From Terriglobia bacterium (GTDB lineage Bacteria > Acidobacteriota > Terriglobia > JAJPHL01 > JAPKYU01): 64,000 nt of DNA. Below the pieces are notes generated by a model. The model saw nothing but the letters and a program-made list of their open reading frames with translations, was not told the origin of the DNA and did no database searches. The DNA lies in assembly GCA_965223005.1 (NCBI GenBank), contig CBDCVK010000010.1, forward strand, positions 704,001 through 768,000, given 5' to 3'. A program made the translations under genes and the position numbers. This document shows, piece by piece, positions 10,934 through 20,989 of the stretch (position 1 is its first letter; each line of letters opens with the position of its first letter).

Positions 10934-11139
10934 TCAGTAATCCCCTCTTCGGCTAAACACCACTTCAGGCTGGCCGCGTGGCCTGTCCTCGAAACCCAGC
11001 GCCTCGCCTCAACACGGACTAGCTAGCCCGATCCCATTGTGATATGAAGCAGGTACAAGAAACAGGCAGGGCCATGTGGAAAATAGTAGTCATTATACTA
11101 TATTTGGTATTTCAGCCAGGGCCTGCTTACGCTAAAATG

Positions 11140-11152
11140 CAAGTAGTTGATA
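11140..11152 (-). promoter_or_regulatory. IHF consensus site (TATCAACTACTTG)
   Basis: Exact match to WATCAANNNNTTR, ~37 bp upstream of a sigma54 element. Confidence 0.55.
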
Positions 11153-11188
11153 CTCAATCAATTGTATTCTGGAAAGGGCGTTGGTTAT

Positions 11189-11204
11189 TGGAAACAGAGT
11201 TGCT
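11189..11204 (+). promoter_or_regulatory. sigma54 -24/-12 promoter (TGGAAACAGAGTTGCT)
   Basis: GG-N10-GC spacing with TTGCT -12 element, upstream of the kinase/sigma54-activator genes. Confidence 0.6.
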
Positions 11205-11326
11205 AAGGTGAGAGAGTCAGTGCTGGGTGTTGAGGTGTCTATCCACCTTGATGCCGGTTACAGTGGAGATGGCCCCAGGGGCCTGCGCCCAATGGGCAAG
11301 TTAGAAGAAAGCTTGGTGAGGAAGCC

Positions 11327-14224
11327 TTGATAGGGGAATTCCGGTTACGGTTCACGTCCATACTCGTGGGATTACTCACGATCTCCCTGGGCGTGTTGGC
11401 ATGGATCAACCTCGACCAGCAGCGCAAATTCCACCCTCCCCATGACGGGGCGACCTGGCAGGACAGCGCGGCAGGTGTCGTTGCCCGGTACGTGGAGCCC
11501 GGCGGGCCGGCAGCGCGGGCCGGAATTCAGGAAGGCGACCTACTGCGCAGCATCAATAGCGGCCCCATTCCCCGGGCCGCCCGCGTTACAAGGCTGCTCT
11601 ACCAGCTGGGCAACTGGGGCAGTGCGGAATATGAGCTGAGCCGCAGCGGGCGCCCCGTCGTCGCCTCCGTCATTCCGGAGCCGCGACAGACCAGCAGTCC
11701 CCTCCAACGCTACCTGCAGGTGGTGGCGCTGCTGTATTTGGCCATAGGCTTGTATGTCGTGCTGCGGCGCGGGCAAGCCGCGCGAGCCCTCCACTTTTAT
11801 CTGTTCTGCCTGGCTTCGTTTGTCCTGTATTTCTACCGCTACACCGGCAAGCTGGACGGTTTGGACTGGACTGTTTACTGGTCGAATGTTGTGGCCACCC
11901 TCCTGCAGCCGGCCCTGTTTCTCCATTTTGCCCTGGCGTTTCCAGAGCCGCGGGAATGGCTGAGGCGCCGCTCGTTCCTACTCCCGCTGGCCTACGCCCC
12001 GGCGGCGGTGTTGCTGCTGGTCCATCTAGGGGTCGTATCTCGCGTGCTGGAAATCGGCCTGCCGATCGGGACCGTGAGCTGGTGGCTGGATCGCATCGCC
12101 TACGCCCACCTGGCGGCGTGGTTTCTGGGGGGCACGGCTGTCCTGTACCAGGCTTATCGTCGAGCGCAGACACCGCTGCTGCGCCAGCAGATGAAGTGGA
12201 TTACTCGCGGCGTGACCCTCGGCATTGTCCCCTTTGCCGCTTTCTACATCCTGCCTTTCCTGTCGGGCGCGGTGCCAGCCGTTTGGATGCAGCTGTCGGC
12301 GCTTTCCCTGGTGTTGATCCCCCTGACCTTCGGCTACGCGATTCTGCGCTACCGGCTCATGGATGTGGACATTCTGTTCCGCCGCGGCGCCGCCTATACG
12401 CTGGCCACCCTGACGCTGGTAGCGCTGTACTTCACGGTGGTGGCGGTGGCTGGACTGGTGTTTCACTCCAGCCTGCCGGCTACCGGGACAGCGGGGCTTG
12501 TGATCGCGGTGGTGGTCAGCGCCCTTCTGTTCCATCCGCTGCGCGCCCGCATTCAGGAGCGCCTGGACCGCTACTTCTACCGTGAGCGCTACGACTACAG
12601 AAAAACGTTGGTGGATTTCGGCCGCGAGCTGAGCACCGAAACTGACCTTGCGCGCCTGCTGGGAGCGGTGTCCGAGCGGTTGTCTCACACGCTCAACGTG
12701 GAGCGGGTAGCCGTCTTCCTGCCAGATGAAAAGCCCAATGAGCAGGACGATGAGCAGGGCCAAATGCGGCTGGCGCACTCACGGGGACTGTCACTAGACG
12801 AGGAACCTGATCTGGGCTTCTTGGATGCCGCTCGGGCTGAATCCGCGCGAGGCTATCTGTTCTTTGAGAACACGAGGCTGGCGCCAGGCGAGGCGGAGCC
12901 GGCGCGCCGCGCGATCGCCACCCTGGACCTGCAGTATTACCTCGCTTGCCGGGCCCAGGGGCGCATCGTGGGATTCCTGGGGTTGGGCCAGACCAGTGAG
13001 AACAACTTCCTGTCCAGTGAGGACGTGGCGTTGTTGGAGGCGCTGTCGGGGCATCTGGGTGCGGCGGTCGAGAACGCAAGGCTCTACCGGCGCCTCGAGC
13101 GAAAGGCAGCCGAGTACGAACGCCTGAAGGAGTTCAACGAGAACATTGTCGAGTCGCTCAGCGTAGGCATCCTGGTGCTGGATCTGGACGACCGGGTCGA
13201 AAGCTGGAACACGCAACTGGAGCTGATGTACGGTCTGTCGCGCGAGCGAACTCGCGGTCAGCCAGTGGACAAAGTCCTCCCCGCGGAACTGGTGGCCGAG
13301 TTGCTGCGCTTCCGCAGCGACAGCGGGATTCATAACCTGTATCAGCACCGGGTGCGCACGCCGTCGGGCAGCGAGCGGGCTCTGAACATCGCGGTGGCCC
13401 CCTTGGTGAGCAAGAGGTTTGAACCGATTGGCCGGCTGCTCATCTTCGACGACGTCAGCGAGCGGGTGGAGCTGGAGCAGCAACTGGCCGAGGCGGAAAA
13501 GCTGAGCTCGGTCGGACTGCTGGCCGCCGGCGTGGCCCACGAGGTGAACACGCCGCTGACGGTCATCTCCAGCTACGCCCAAATGCTTTCCAAGCAGCTC
13601 CCAAACGAGGACGCGCGCGGAAAGCTGCTGGAGAAGATCATCAAGTCCACCTTCCGGGCCTCGGAAATCGTCAATAACCTTCTGAACTTTTCCCGAACCG
13701 GCAGCGCCCAGATGGCGCCAGTGGACTTGCACCGCGTGGTGCGCGACACACTAGCCTTGTTGGAGCACCCACTGAGAACCAGCCACGTGGAGGTGGAAAC
13801 CCGCTTCGCCCAGCAGCCGCCCCTCGTGCAGGGCAACGCCGGCAAGCTCCAGCAGGTGTTTCTCAATCTGTTCCTGAACGCCCGAGACGCCATGCCAGAA
13901 GGAGGCCGTCTGCGGGTCCATACGGAAACCAGTGAAGGTGCAGTTCAGGTGCAGGTGTCGGATAGCGGCCAGGGCATATCCCAGAAGCACATCCACCGCA
14001 TCTACGATCCCTTCTTCACCACCAAGGCCGCCCGCCCCGGCAACGGGGATATTTTGCGCTCCGGCGTTGGCCTGGGCCTCTCGGTCACCTACGGGATCGT
14101 CAAAGAGCATGCCGGCACCATCCGAGTGGAAAGCTCTCAGAGCCAGGGGACCGCCTTCTTGCTGGAGTTTCCCCGGTTGCCAGACAAGTTGAGAGCGACG
14201 TTGCCAGAAACCGTGAGCGTCTGA
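11327..14224 (+). CDS. Membrane sensor histidine kinase (PDZ - multi-TM - GAF - PAS - HisKA - HATPase)
   Basis: PDZ VEPGGPAARAGIQEGD, multiple TM helices, H-box AGVAHEVNTPL, N-box QQVFLNLFLNARDAM, G1 DSGQGI, DPFFTTK, G2 GVGLGL. Confidence 0.95.
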   Translation: MIGEFRLRFTSILVGLLTISLGVLAWINLDQQRKFHPPHDGATWQDSAAGVVARYVEPGGPAARAGIQEGDLLRSINSGPIPRAARVTRLLYQLGNWGSAEYELSRSGRPVVASVIPEPRQTSSPLQRYLQVVALLYLAIGLYVVLRRGQAARALHFYLFCLASFVLYFYRYTGKLDGLDWTVYWSNVVATLLQPALFLHFALAFPEPREWLRRRSFLLPLAYAPAAVLLLVHLGVVSRVLEIGLPIGTVSWWLDRIAYAHLAAWFLGGTAVLYQAYRRAQTPLLRQQMKWITRGVTLGIVPFAAFYILPFLSGAVPAVWMQLSALSLVLIPLTFGYAILRYRLMDVDILFRRGAAYTLATLTLVALYFTVVAVAGLVFHSSLPATGTAGLVIAVVVSALLFHPLRARIQERLDRYFYRERYDYRKTLVDFGRELSTETDLARLLGAVSERLSHTLNVERVAVFLPDEKPNEQDDEQGQMRLAHSRGLSLDEEPDLGFLDAARAESARGYLFFENTRLAPGEAEPARRAIATLDLQYYLACRAQGRIVGFLGLGQTSENNFLSSEDVALLEALSGHLGAAVENARLYRRLERKAAEYERLKEFNENIVESLSVGILVLDLDDRVESWNTQLELMYGLSRERTRGQPVDKVLPAELVAELLRFRSDSGIHNLYQHRVRTPSGSERALNIAVAPLVSKRFEPIGRLLIFDDVSERVELEQQLAEAEKLSSVGLLAAGVAHEVNTPLTVISSYAQMLSKQLPNEDARGKLLEKIIKSTFRASEIVNNLLNFSRTGSAQMAPVDLHRVVRDTLALLEHPLRTSHVEVETRFAQQPPLVQGNAGKLQQVFLNLFLNARDAMPEGGRLRVHTETSEGAVQVQVSDSGQGISQKHIHRIYDPFFTTKAARPGNGDILRSGVGLGLSVTYGIVKEHAGTIRVESSQSQGTAFLLEFPRLPDKLRATLPETVSV

Positions 14225-14226
14225 TC

Positions 14227-15681
14227 ATGGCTGAAGGAAGAATTCTGATTGTTGATGATGAGGCAGAAGTCCGGGAAAGCCTGGAGACCTTGCTTGGCCT
14301 GGAAGGTTTCGAGGCGCTCTCGGCCGAGAGCGCCGAAGCTGGCCTGCAACTGCTGGGGCGCCGGGTCTTCGACCTGGTGCTGCTGGATGTGGCTCTGCCC
14401 GGCCGCAGCGGCCTCGAGGCGCTCGAAGAGATTCGTCGTCTGGACCCGAACCTGCCAGTGCTGATGATCACCGCTTACGCCTCGGTGGAGAACGCGGTGG
14501 CCGCCATGCACGCCGGAGCCCGCAACTACCTGACCAAGCCCTGGGATAACGAGAAGCTCGTGCTGGAAATCCGCAACACGGTGAGCACCCGCCGATTGGA
14601 AGCGGAAAACGTGCAGCTTCGGCGGGCATTGAAGCAGCGCTACTGCCTCCCCAATATCGTGGGCAAAGGCGAGCCCATGCTGAAGATTCTCGACCTGGTG
14701 GAGCAGATTGCGCCCAGCCGTTCGACGGTCTTGCTGAGCGGGGAAAGCGGGACCGGCAAGGAGCTGATCGCCAAAGCCATCCACGCCCACTCGCCGCGCG
14801 CCGACCGCCCCTTCGTGCCGGTCAATACCGGCAGCATGCCGGTGGATCTGCTGGAAAGCCTGCTGTTCGGCCATGTCAAGGGAGCCTTCACGAGCGCGGT
14901 CGCTTCTAAGAAGGGCTTCTTCGAGGTAGCCGACCGAGGCACCCTGTTCTTCGATGAAATCGGCACCATCGGCCTGGAAACGCAGGCCAAGCTGTTGCGG
15001 GTGATTCAGGAGCGCGAGTTCACACCGCTTGGCTCGACTGAGCTGGTCAAGGTGGACGTCCGTATTATTGCCGCCACCAACGTGGACTTGCACCGTCTGA
15101 TGGCCGAAGCCAAGTTCCGCGAGGACCTATACTACCGTCTGAACGTGATCTCGCTGCCGTTGCCGCCCCTGCGCGAACGAAAAGAGGATATCCCGCTGCT
15201 GGTGGACCATTTTCTGAAGAAGTATTGCGAGGAAAATCAGAAACCGCTGCGCCGTTTTTCGACGCCAGCCATGCGGCACCTGATGGATTACCACTGGCCG
15301 GGCAACGTGCGCGAACTGGAGAACGCCGTCGAACGGGCGGTCGTGCTTTCCCGGGAGCCCCTGGTGGATCCTTTGCTGTTGCCGGAATCCCTGCGGGAGC
15401 GAGCCGGCAAGGGTTCGGGCCTGCTGTCGGTTGTGGAGGAGCGCCCCGGCGCCTCCTTGTTCGAGATCCTGGACGAGTGCGAGCGCAGAGTCATTGTGGA
15501 CATGCTGGAGAAAACGAACTGGAGCCAGACCGAAGCCGCCGAGCGCTTTCAGATTCCCCTCTCAACGCTAAATCAGAAAATCAAGCGGCTGAACATCGAG
15601 ATCAAGCGGAAAAGTCGCAACTCGCACGCGCGGGAACGGGAGGAAGTGGCTACGCCCGAACGCGCGCATGCTCGCAGTTGA
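14227..15681 (+). CDS. sigma54-dependent response regulator (NtrC/AtoC family)
   Basis: REC (ILIVDDE, LLDV), GESGTGKEL, GAFTSA, FFDEIG, FREDLYYRLNV, WPGNVRELEN, C-terminal HTH. Confidence 0.96.
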   Translation: MAEGRILIVDDEAEVRESLETLLGLEGFEALSAESAEAGLQLLGRRVFDLVLLDVALPGRSGLEALEEIRRLDPNLPVLMITAYASVENAVAAMHAGARNYLTKPWDNEKLVLEIRNTVSTRRLEAENVQLRRALKQRYCLPNIVGKGEPMLKILDLVEQIAPSRSTVLLSGESGTGKELIAKAIHAHSPRADRPFVPVNTGSMPVDLLESLLFGHVKGAFTSAVASKKGFFEVADRGTLFFDEIGTIGLETQAKLLRVIQEREFTPLGSTELVKVDVRIIAATNVDLHRLMAEAKFREDLYYRLNVISLPLPPLRERKEDIPLLVDHFLKKYCEENQKPLRRFSTPAMRHLMDYHWPGNVRELENAVERAVVLSREPLVDPLLLPESLRERAGKGSGLLSVVEERPGASLFEILDECERRVIVDMLEKTNWSQTEAAERFQIPLSTLNQKIKRLNIEIKRKSRNSHAREREEVATPERAHARS

Positions 15682-15815
15682 ATTTTCCTGCACAACTGGC
15701 TTCGTCACACCCTCATTTCTGCCTGCTGTCGCCTGCGGGTTGCAGGTCGCTGAGCTGAGATATGTTGCTGATATCCAAGAACGTAAATCTTTTTCAAGAA
15801 ACCCAATCATTTTCG

Positions 15816-15844
15816 TTGACAATCAGTAATTTTCCTTTTAAATT
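15816..15844 (+). promoter_or_regulatory. sigma70 promoter (TTGACA-N17-TAAATT), near-leaderless transcript
   Basis: Perfect -35 and 17-nt spacer. ATG 15854 is only 9 nt past the -10 and there is no SD. Confidence 0.7.
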
Positions 15845-15853
15845 CCACCGCCT

Positions 15854-16197
15854 ATGAATGTTCAGAGAATCCTACAATCACTTCGTCGGGAACAAGGACA
15901 ACTGGAGGAAGCGATTTCCGCGCTGGAACGTCTGGCGGCGCTGGGCCGCCGCGGCCGCCCGCCGGGGCGTCGCGGCCCAGGGAGGCCGCCCAAACGTCGC
16001 GGTCCGGGACGACCACCCAAGCGTCGCGGTCCGGGACGACCACCCAAGCGTCGCGGTCCGGGACGCCCAAACGTCGCGGTCCGGGACGACCGCCCAAACG
16101 TCGCGGTCCGGGACGACCGCCCAAACGTCGCGGTCCGGGGAGGCCGCGGAAGCGCCGCGGACCGGGCCGACCTCCCGTGACGGAGCAACCGAGCTAG
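15854..16197 (+). CDS. Small coiled-coil plus multiple AT-hook-like (RRGPGRPPK)n protein, frameshifted by a 4-nt deletion
   Basis: MNVQRILQSLRREQGQLEEAISALERL then RRGRPP and tandem RRGPGRPPK. As assembled it ends at TGA 16180; the repeat frame continues to TAG 16197. Confidence 0.75.
15968..16179 (+). repeat. Tandem array of eight 27-nt coding repeats (unit 4 is 23 nt)
   Basis: Consensus cgtcgcggtccgggacgaccgcccaaa; units start at 15968, 15995, 16022, 16049 (23 nt), 16072, 16099, 16126 and 16153. Confidence 0.95.
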
Positions 16198-16559
16198 CAG
16201 GCTGCGCAGCCACGCACCGCTTCAGGCGGCGAGAACCGCTTGCTGGAGTTTGGCTCTGCAAATTCGGCCAATCTGCAGAGATGTCAGCGGGAGCCAGCGG
16301 TCGCTCCGAAGGTTTACTCAGTAGCCTACCAGAGAATTTCTTGGGGGAGTCGTAGTGTGGGTCAAGCTCGTCCCGCGCATTTTTCCGCTATCTCCGAGTT
16401 GTGCTATCTTGATTTCCCTTCTGAAGAGGGACAAATCTCAACACTGCGTCTTTTTCCTTTCGTAATCACCTCCTCCAAACGTTATGTGTCCGCGCGCCTT
16501 TTCCGGGCCAGTTTCGCTCGCGATCGGCGTCGCCCGCTGTGGTATCATAGAGACAGGAC

Positions 16560-17282
16560 ATGAAATTCGCGGTAGTCGTCTTTCCAGGCAGCAACTGTGA
16601 CGACGACGCCTACCAGGCGATCCGAGTGCAGTTGCGCCAGCCCGTGAGCTTCATCTGGCACCGGTCGCAGGATCTGGAAAACGCCGATGCGGTGATCCTG
16701 CCCGGTGGCTTTTCCTACGGCGACTACCTTCGGACGGGCGCCATCGCGCGCTTCTCTCCGGTGCTGGCGGCGGTGAAGCTCTTTGCGGACGGAGGGGGGT
16801 TGGTGCTGGGCATCTGCAACGGCTTCCAGATTCTTCTCGAGACTGGCCTGCTACCCGGAGCCATGCTGCGTAACCGCAGCCTGCGGTTCATTTGTCGACC
16901 CGTTCACCTCCGTGTGGAGAACACTTCGTTGCCCTTTACGCTTGCTTGCGAGCCCTGGCAGGTCCTGCGCGTTCCTATCGCCCACGCCGAGGGCAATTAT
17001 TTCGCCGAGCCTGAGGCGCTGGCCGAACTGGAGCGCAACGGCCGGGTAGCGTTCCGCTACTCGACCGCGGAGGGCGCCGTCACGCCGGAAGCGAATCCGA
17101 ACGGCTCGTTGCACAATATCGCCGGGATCGTCAACGAAGCCGGCAATGTCCTGGGGGTGATGCCCCACCCGGAACGCGCCAGCGATGCGCGCCTGGGTTC
17201 CACTGATGGGCTGTTCCTGTTCCGCTCGATGGTGGAGTGGACCGCCCGGCGCGCTTCCTTCGCAGTCCAAGCTTTGCGCTGA
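16560..17282 (+). CDS. purQ: Phosphoribosylformylglycinamidine synthase I
   Basis: [44 protein letters not shown]. Confidence 0.98.
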   Translation: MKFAVVVFPGSNCDDDAYQAIRVQLRQPVSFIWHRSQDLENADAVILPGGFSYGDYLRTGAIARFSPVLAAVKLFADGGGLVLGICNGFQILLETGLLPGAMLRNRSLRFICRPVHLRVENTSLPFTLACEPWQVLRVPIAHAEGNYFAEPEALAELERNGRVAFRYSTAEGAVTPEANPNGSLHNIAGIVNEAGNVLGVMPHPERASDARLGSTDGLFLFRSMVEWTARRASFAVQALR

Positions 17283-17287
17283 CCCGT

Positions 17288-19543
17288 GTGAGCACGATTA
17301 CTCCCGACGTAGTCACGCAACACCAGATCACCGCCGCAGAATACGCCCGGATCCTCGAACTGCTGGGGCGAGAGCCGAACCTGACCGAGCTGGGCATCTT
17401 CAGCGTGATGTGGAGCGAGCACTGCAGCTACAAGAGTTCGCGACTGCTGCTAAAGAACCTGCCCACCGAGGGCCCGTGCGTGCTGCAGGGCCCCGGCGAG
17501 AACGCCGGCGTCATTGACATTGGCGACGGCTGGGCTTGCGTCTTCAAGATCGAATCGCATAACCACCCCAGTTTTGTCGAGCCCTTCCAGGGCGCAGCCA
17601 CCGGGGTAGGCGGCATCCTGCGCGACATCTTCACCATGGGCGCCCGGCCCATTGCGGTGCTGGATTCGCTGCGATTTGGGCCCGTGCAGACAGACGCCCA
17701 AGCGGCGCGGAACCGGCGCATCCTGGACGGGGTGGTCCGGGGCATCGCCCACTACGGCAACTGTTTCGGGGTGCCGACGGTGGGAGGGGAGGCCGTCTTC
17801 GAGCCGTGCTACAGCTCCAACCCGCTGGTCAACGTATTTGCCCTGGGCGTGGCTCCCGCTGAGCAGCTGTTCTTTGCGCGTGCCGGCGGGCCGGGAAACA
17901 CAGTCATCTACGTGGGGGCCAAGACCGGCCGGGACGGCATTCACGGGGCGTCCTTGCTGGCCTCGGCCGAGTTTACGGAGGAATCCCGGCAGAAACGCCC
18001 CAACGTCCAGGTGGGCGACCCTTTCCTGGAGAAACTGCTGCTGGAGGCGTGCCTGGAAGCAATGCAGACCGGGGCGGTGGTGGGCATCCAGGACATGGGC
18101 GCCGCCGGACTCACTTGCTCCAACTGCGAAATGGGCGCGCGGGCCGGCACGGGAATCGAGATCGAACTGGACCGGGTCCCGCAGCGCGAGACGGGAATGT
18201 CTCCCTACGAAATCATGCTCAGCGAGTCGCAGGAGCGGATGCTGCTGGTGGCCGAACGCGGGCGGGAGCAAGAAATTTCTGCGGTCTTCCACAAGTGGGG
18301 CCTGGACGCGGTGGCCATCGGCGTAGTCACCGACGACCAACGGCTGCGCGTGCGCCACGACGGCCGGGTGGTGGCTGACATTCCCAACGCCGCCCTGGCG
18401 CGGGAGGCCCCGGCTTACCTGCGCCCGCGCAAGCCAGCTCCCCGGCCCGTTCCGCTGGAGCCCCCCTTGGAATTCGCCCACGGCTTCGGGGCGCGCAACT
18501 TGACCGCCGACTGCAAACAGCTGCTGGCCTCGCCCACCATCGCCGGCAAGCGCTGGATCTGGGAGCAGTACGACTCGATGGTGCGCACCAACACGGTCGC
18601 GGGGCCGGGCAGCGATGCGGCAGTCCTCCGCCTGAAAGAAACAGGCCAGGGTCTGGCCATCAGCCTGGACGGCAACGGACGTTACGCCTGGCTGGAACCG
18701 CGCCTGGGCGCGCGCCTGGCGGTCGCCGAAGCCAGTCGCAACGTGAGTTGCACTGGGGCGCGGCCCATCGCCGCCACGAACTGCCTGAACTTCGGCAATC
18801 CGGAAAAACCCGAAGTCATGTGGCAGTTCGCTGAGGCCGTGGAAGGCGTGGCGGAAGCCTGCCGCGCCCTCCAGACCCCGGTCACCGGCGGCAACGTCAG
18901 CTTCTACAATGAGACACTGGGCCAGAGTATTTACCCCACACCTGTGGTCGGCATCGTGGGCCTGCTGGAAAAGGACGCCACGCCACTCGGGTACTGTTTC
19001 CGCGCAGCCAGCCGCCGCGTCGTGTTGCTAGGAGGCATCCCCGACGGCGACGTCAACGAGGCGGCGGTGCGCTTCGGTTCCACCGAATATGCCCGCAGCG
19101 TGCTGGGGTGTGTCTGGGGGTTGCCGCCCACGCTGGATCTGGAGTATGAAGCCCGGGTTCAGGCCTGCTGCCGTGAGCTGGCCCGCCAGGGCGTGATTGA
19201 ATCGGCCCACGACGTCAGCGATGGGGGTCTGGTCGTGACGCTGGCCGAATCTTGCCTTTCCGGCATGGGGCTGGAGGCCGACCTGGATTCCGCGCTCGGT
19301 CCGCAACTGGCCCTGTTCGCTGAATTTTCCTCCCGCATTGTGGTGTCGGTGGCGGAGAATCGCCTTGCCGCGCTGGATTCGATTGCGGCACAATATGAGG
19401 TCAGCACCGACGAGCTAGGCGTGACCCGACCGGGACGTTTCTCGTTAAGTGTGAACGGAAACCCAGCGGTCCAGAGTACCGTCGAAGAATTGCAAGTGAT
19501 CTGGGAACAGGCCTTGCCAAACAACCTAAAGCTGAAAAACTGA
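17288..19543 (+). CDS. purL: Phosphoribosylformylglycinamidine synthase II
   Basis: [64 protein letters not shown]; GTG start placed at 17288. Confidence 0.98.
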   Translation: MSTITPDVVTQHQITAAEYARILELLGREPNLTELGIFSVMWSEHCSYKSSRLLLKNLPTEGPCVLQGPGENAGVIDIGDGWACVFKIESHNHPSFVEPFQGAATGVGGILRDIFTMGARPIAVLDSLRFGPVQTDAQAARNRRILDGVVRGIAHYGNCFGVPTVGGEAVFEPCYSSNPLVNVFALGVAPAEQLFFARAGGPGNTVIYVGAKTGRDGIHGASLLASAEFTEESRQKRPNVQVGDPFLEKLLLEACLEAMQTGAVVGIQDMGAAGLTCSNCEMGARAGTGIEIELDRVPQRETGMSPYEIMLSESQERMLLVAERGREQEISAVFHKWGLDAVAIGVVTDDQRLRVRHDGRVVADIPNAALAREAPAYLRPRKPAPRPVPLEPPLEFAHGFGARNLTADCKQLLASPTIAGKRWIWEQYDSMVRTNTVAGPGSDAAVLRLKETGQGLAISLDGNGRYAWLEPRLGARLAVAEASRNVSCTGARPIAATNCLNFGNPEKPEVMWQFAEAVEGVAEACRALQTPVTGGNVSFYNETLGQSIYPTPVVGIVGLLEKDATPLGYCFRAASRRVVLLGGIPDGDVNEAAVRFGSTEYARSVLGCVWGLPPTLDLEYEARVQACCRELARQGVIESAHDVSDGGLVVTLAESCLSGMGLEADLDSALGPQLALFAEFSSRIVVSVAENRLAALDSIAAQYEVSTDELGVTRPGRFSLSVNGNPAVQSTVEELQVIWEQALPNNLKLKN

Positions 19544-19573
19544 AGTCCGCGAAGGGAAGCACCGGGAGCAATA

Positions 19574-20989
19574 ATGGCCGCAGTGATCAGGCCGGACAAG
19601 TTCCGCGACGAATGTGGTGTGATGGGAGTCTGTGGCCACCCGGAAGCGGCCAAGCTGGTTTACCTGGGGCTGCATGCGCTCCAGCACCGTGGCCAAGAAA
19701 GCGCGGGGATCGTGGCCAGCGACGGCCTCCAGTTGCGCGCGCACAAGGGTATGGGAGAGGTGTCGGAAGTCTTCAGCGAGCCCGCACTGGCGTCACTCCA
19801 CGGACAGTTCGCGGTCGGCCATACGCGCTACTCGACGGCCGGCGACACCTCGCTGAACAACGCCCAGCCGTTAACCGTGGACTGCAATAAAGGCTTGCTG
19901 GCTCTGGCGCACAACGGCAACCTGGTGAACGCGCGGCAAGTCCGCCGGCGCCTGGAACAGCGGGGCTCCATCTTCCAGACCACTAGCGACAGCGAAGTCA
20001 TCCTGCACCTTATCGCCCACTCGCGCCAGAAGCTGCTGATCGACGCCCTTGCGGAGGCACTGCACCAGGTGGAAGGTGCTTATTCCCTGGTGCTGCTGAC
20101 TCGCGACCGGCTCATCGCCGTGCGGGACCCGCGCGGCTTCCGGCCCCTCTGCCTGGGCCAGCTGGATGGCGCCGTGGTCGTTGCCTCAGAAACCTGCGCC
20201 TTCGATCTGCTAGGCGCTCGCTACGATGGGGAAATCGAGCCGGGCGAGTTGGTGGTGGCCGAGGCCGGAAGCTCTACCCGGACGCGGTTCAGCGCGCCGA
20301 TGCCGCACCACTATTGCATTTTTGAGCACGTTTATTTCTCCCGTCCGGACAGCATCGTCTTCGGGCGCCCCGTGCACGAGTCCCGCGAGATGCTGGGACG
20401 GTTGCTGGCGCGCGAGGCTCCGGCCGACGCCGACATTGTGGTTCCCGTGCCCGATTCCGGCGTCCCTGCCGCGGCCGGCTACGCCAACGAATCCGGCCTT
20501 CCGCTGAAACTTGGCTTGATCCGCAACCACTACGTGGGCCGTACTTTTATCGAGCCAGAACAGACCATCCGCGATTTTGGCGTCAAGCTGAAGCTGAATC
20601 CGGTGCGTACCCTGCTGGAAGGGCAGCGGGTGGTATTGGTGGACGATTCCATCGTGCGCGGCACCACCAGTCGAAAAATCGTACGCATGATCCGTGAGGC
20701 CGGGGCCCGCGAAGTCCACATGCGCATCTCCTGCCCCCCCACCATTTCTCCCTGCTACTACGGCGTGGACACTCCCAACGAAAAGGAACTGATCGCCGCC
20801 AACTGCTCGATCGAGCAGATCCGCGAGTACACCAACGCCGACTCGCTGGCCTACCTCTCCTTGGAGAGCCTGCGGCGGGCGGTGGAGGATCAGGACAGCC
20901 GCTATTGTACTGCCTGCTACACTCGTAAGTATCCTACCGAGTTGCCGAACGCCGAGCTGGAGGCTGGCCTTGCAGGACGAGGCACGTGA
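19574..20989 (+). CDS. purF: Amidophosphoribosyltransferase
   Basis: Propeptide-DECGV, LQHRGQESAGI, GHTRYST, VLVDDSIVRGTTS, YCTAC. Confidence 0.98.
   Translation: MAAVIRPDKFRDECGVMGVCGHPEAAKLVYLGLHALQHRGQESAGIVASDGLQLRAHKGMGEVSEVFSEPALASLHGQFAVGHTRYSTAGDTSLNNAQPLTVDCNKGLLALAHNGNLVNARQVRRRLEQRGSIFQTTSDSEVILHLIAHSRQKLLIDALAEALHQVEGAYSLVLLTRDRLIAVRDPRGFRPLCLGQLDGAVVVASETCAFDLLGARYDGEIEPGELVVAEAGSSTRTRFSAPMPHHYCIFEHVYFSRPDSIVFGRPVHESREMLGRLLAREAPADADIVVPVPDSGVPAAAGYANESGLPLKLGLIRNHYVGRTFIEPEQTIRDFGVKLKLNPVRTLLEGQRVVLVDDSIVRGTTSRKIVRMIREAGAREVHMRISCPPTISPCYYGVDTPNEKELIAANCSIEQIREYTNADSLAYLSLESLRRAVEDQDSRYCTACYTRKYPTELPNAELEAGLAGRGT

Noticed and set aside
10936-10952. Short similarity to the reverse complement of the repeat-like sequence at 667-684
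   Set aside because: Only ~10 contiguous matching bases with indels; compatible with chance.
11095-11110. NrdR-box-like palindrome
   Set aside because: Single imperfect copy with no ribonucleotide reductase gene nearby; treated as a possible enhancer instead.
15968-16179. 27-nt repeats as a CRISPR array
   Set aside because: The units are contiguous with no spacers and vary synonymously; this is a coding tandem repeat.
16200-16559. purS gene or purine/ZTP riboswitch upstream of purQ
   Set aside because: No PurS-like ORF and no conserved riboswitch core could be found.
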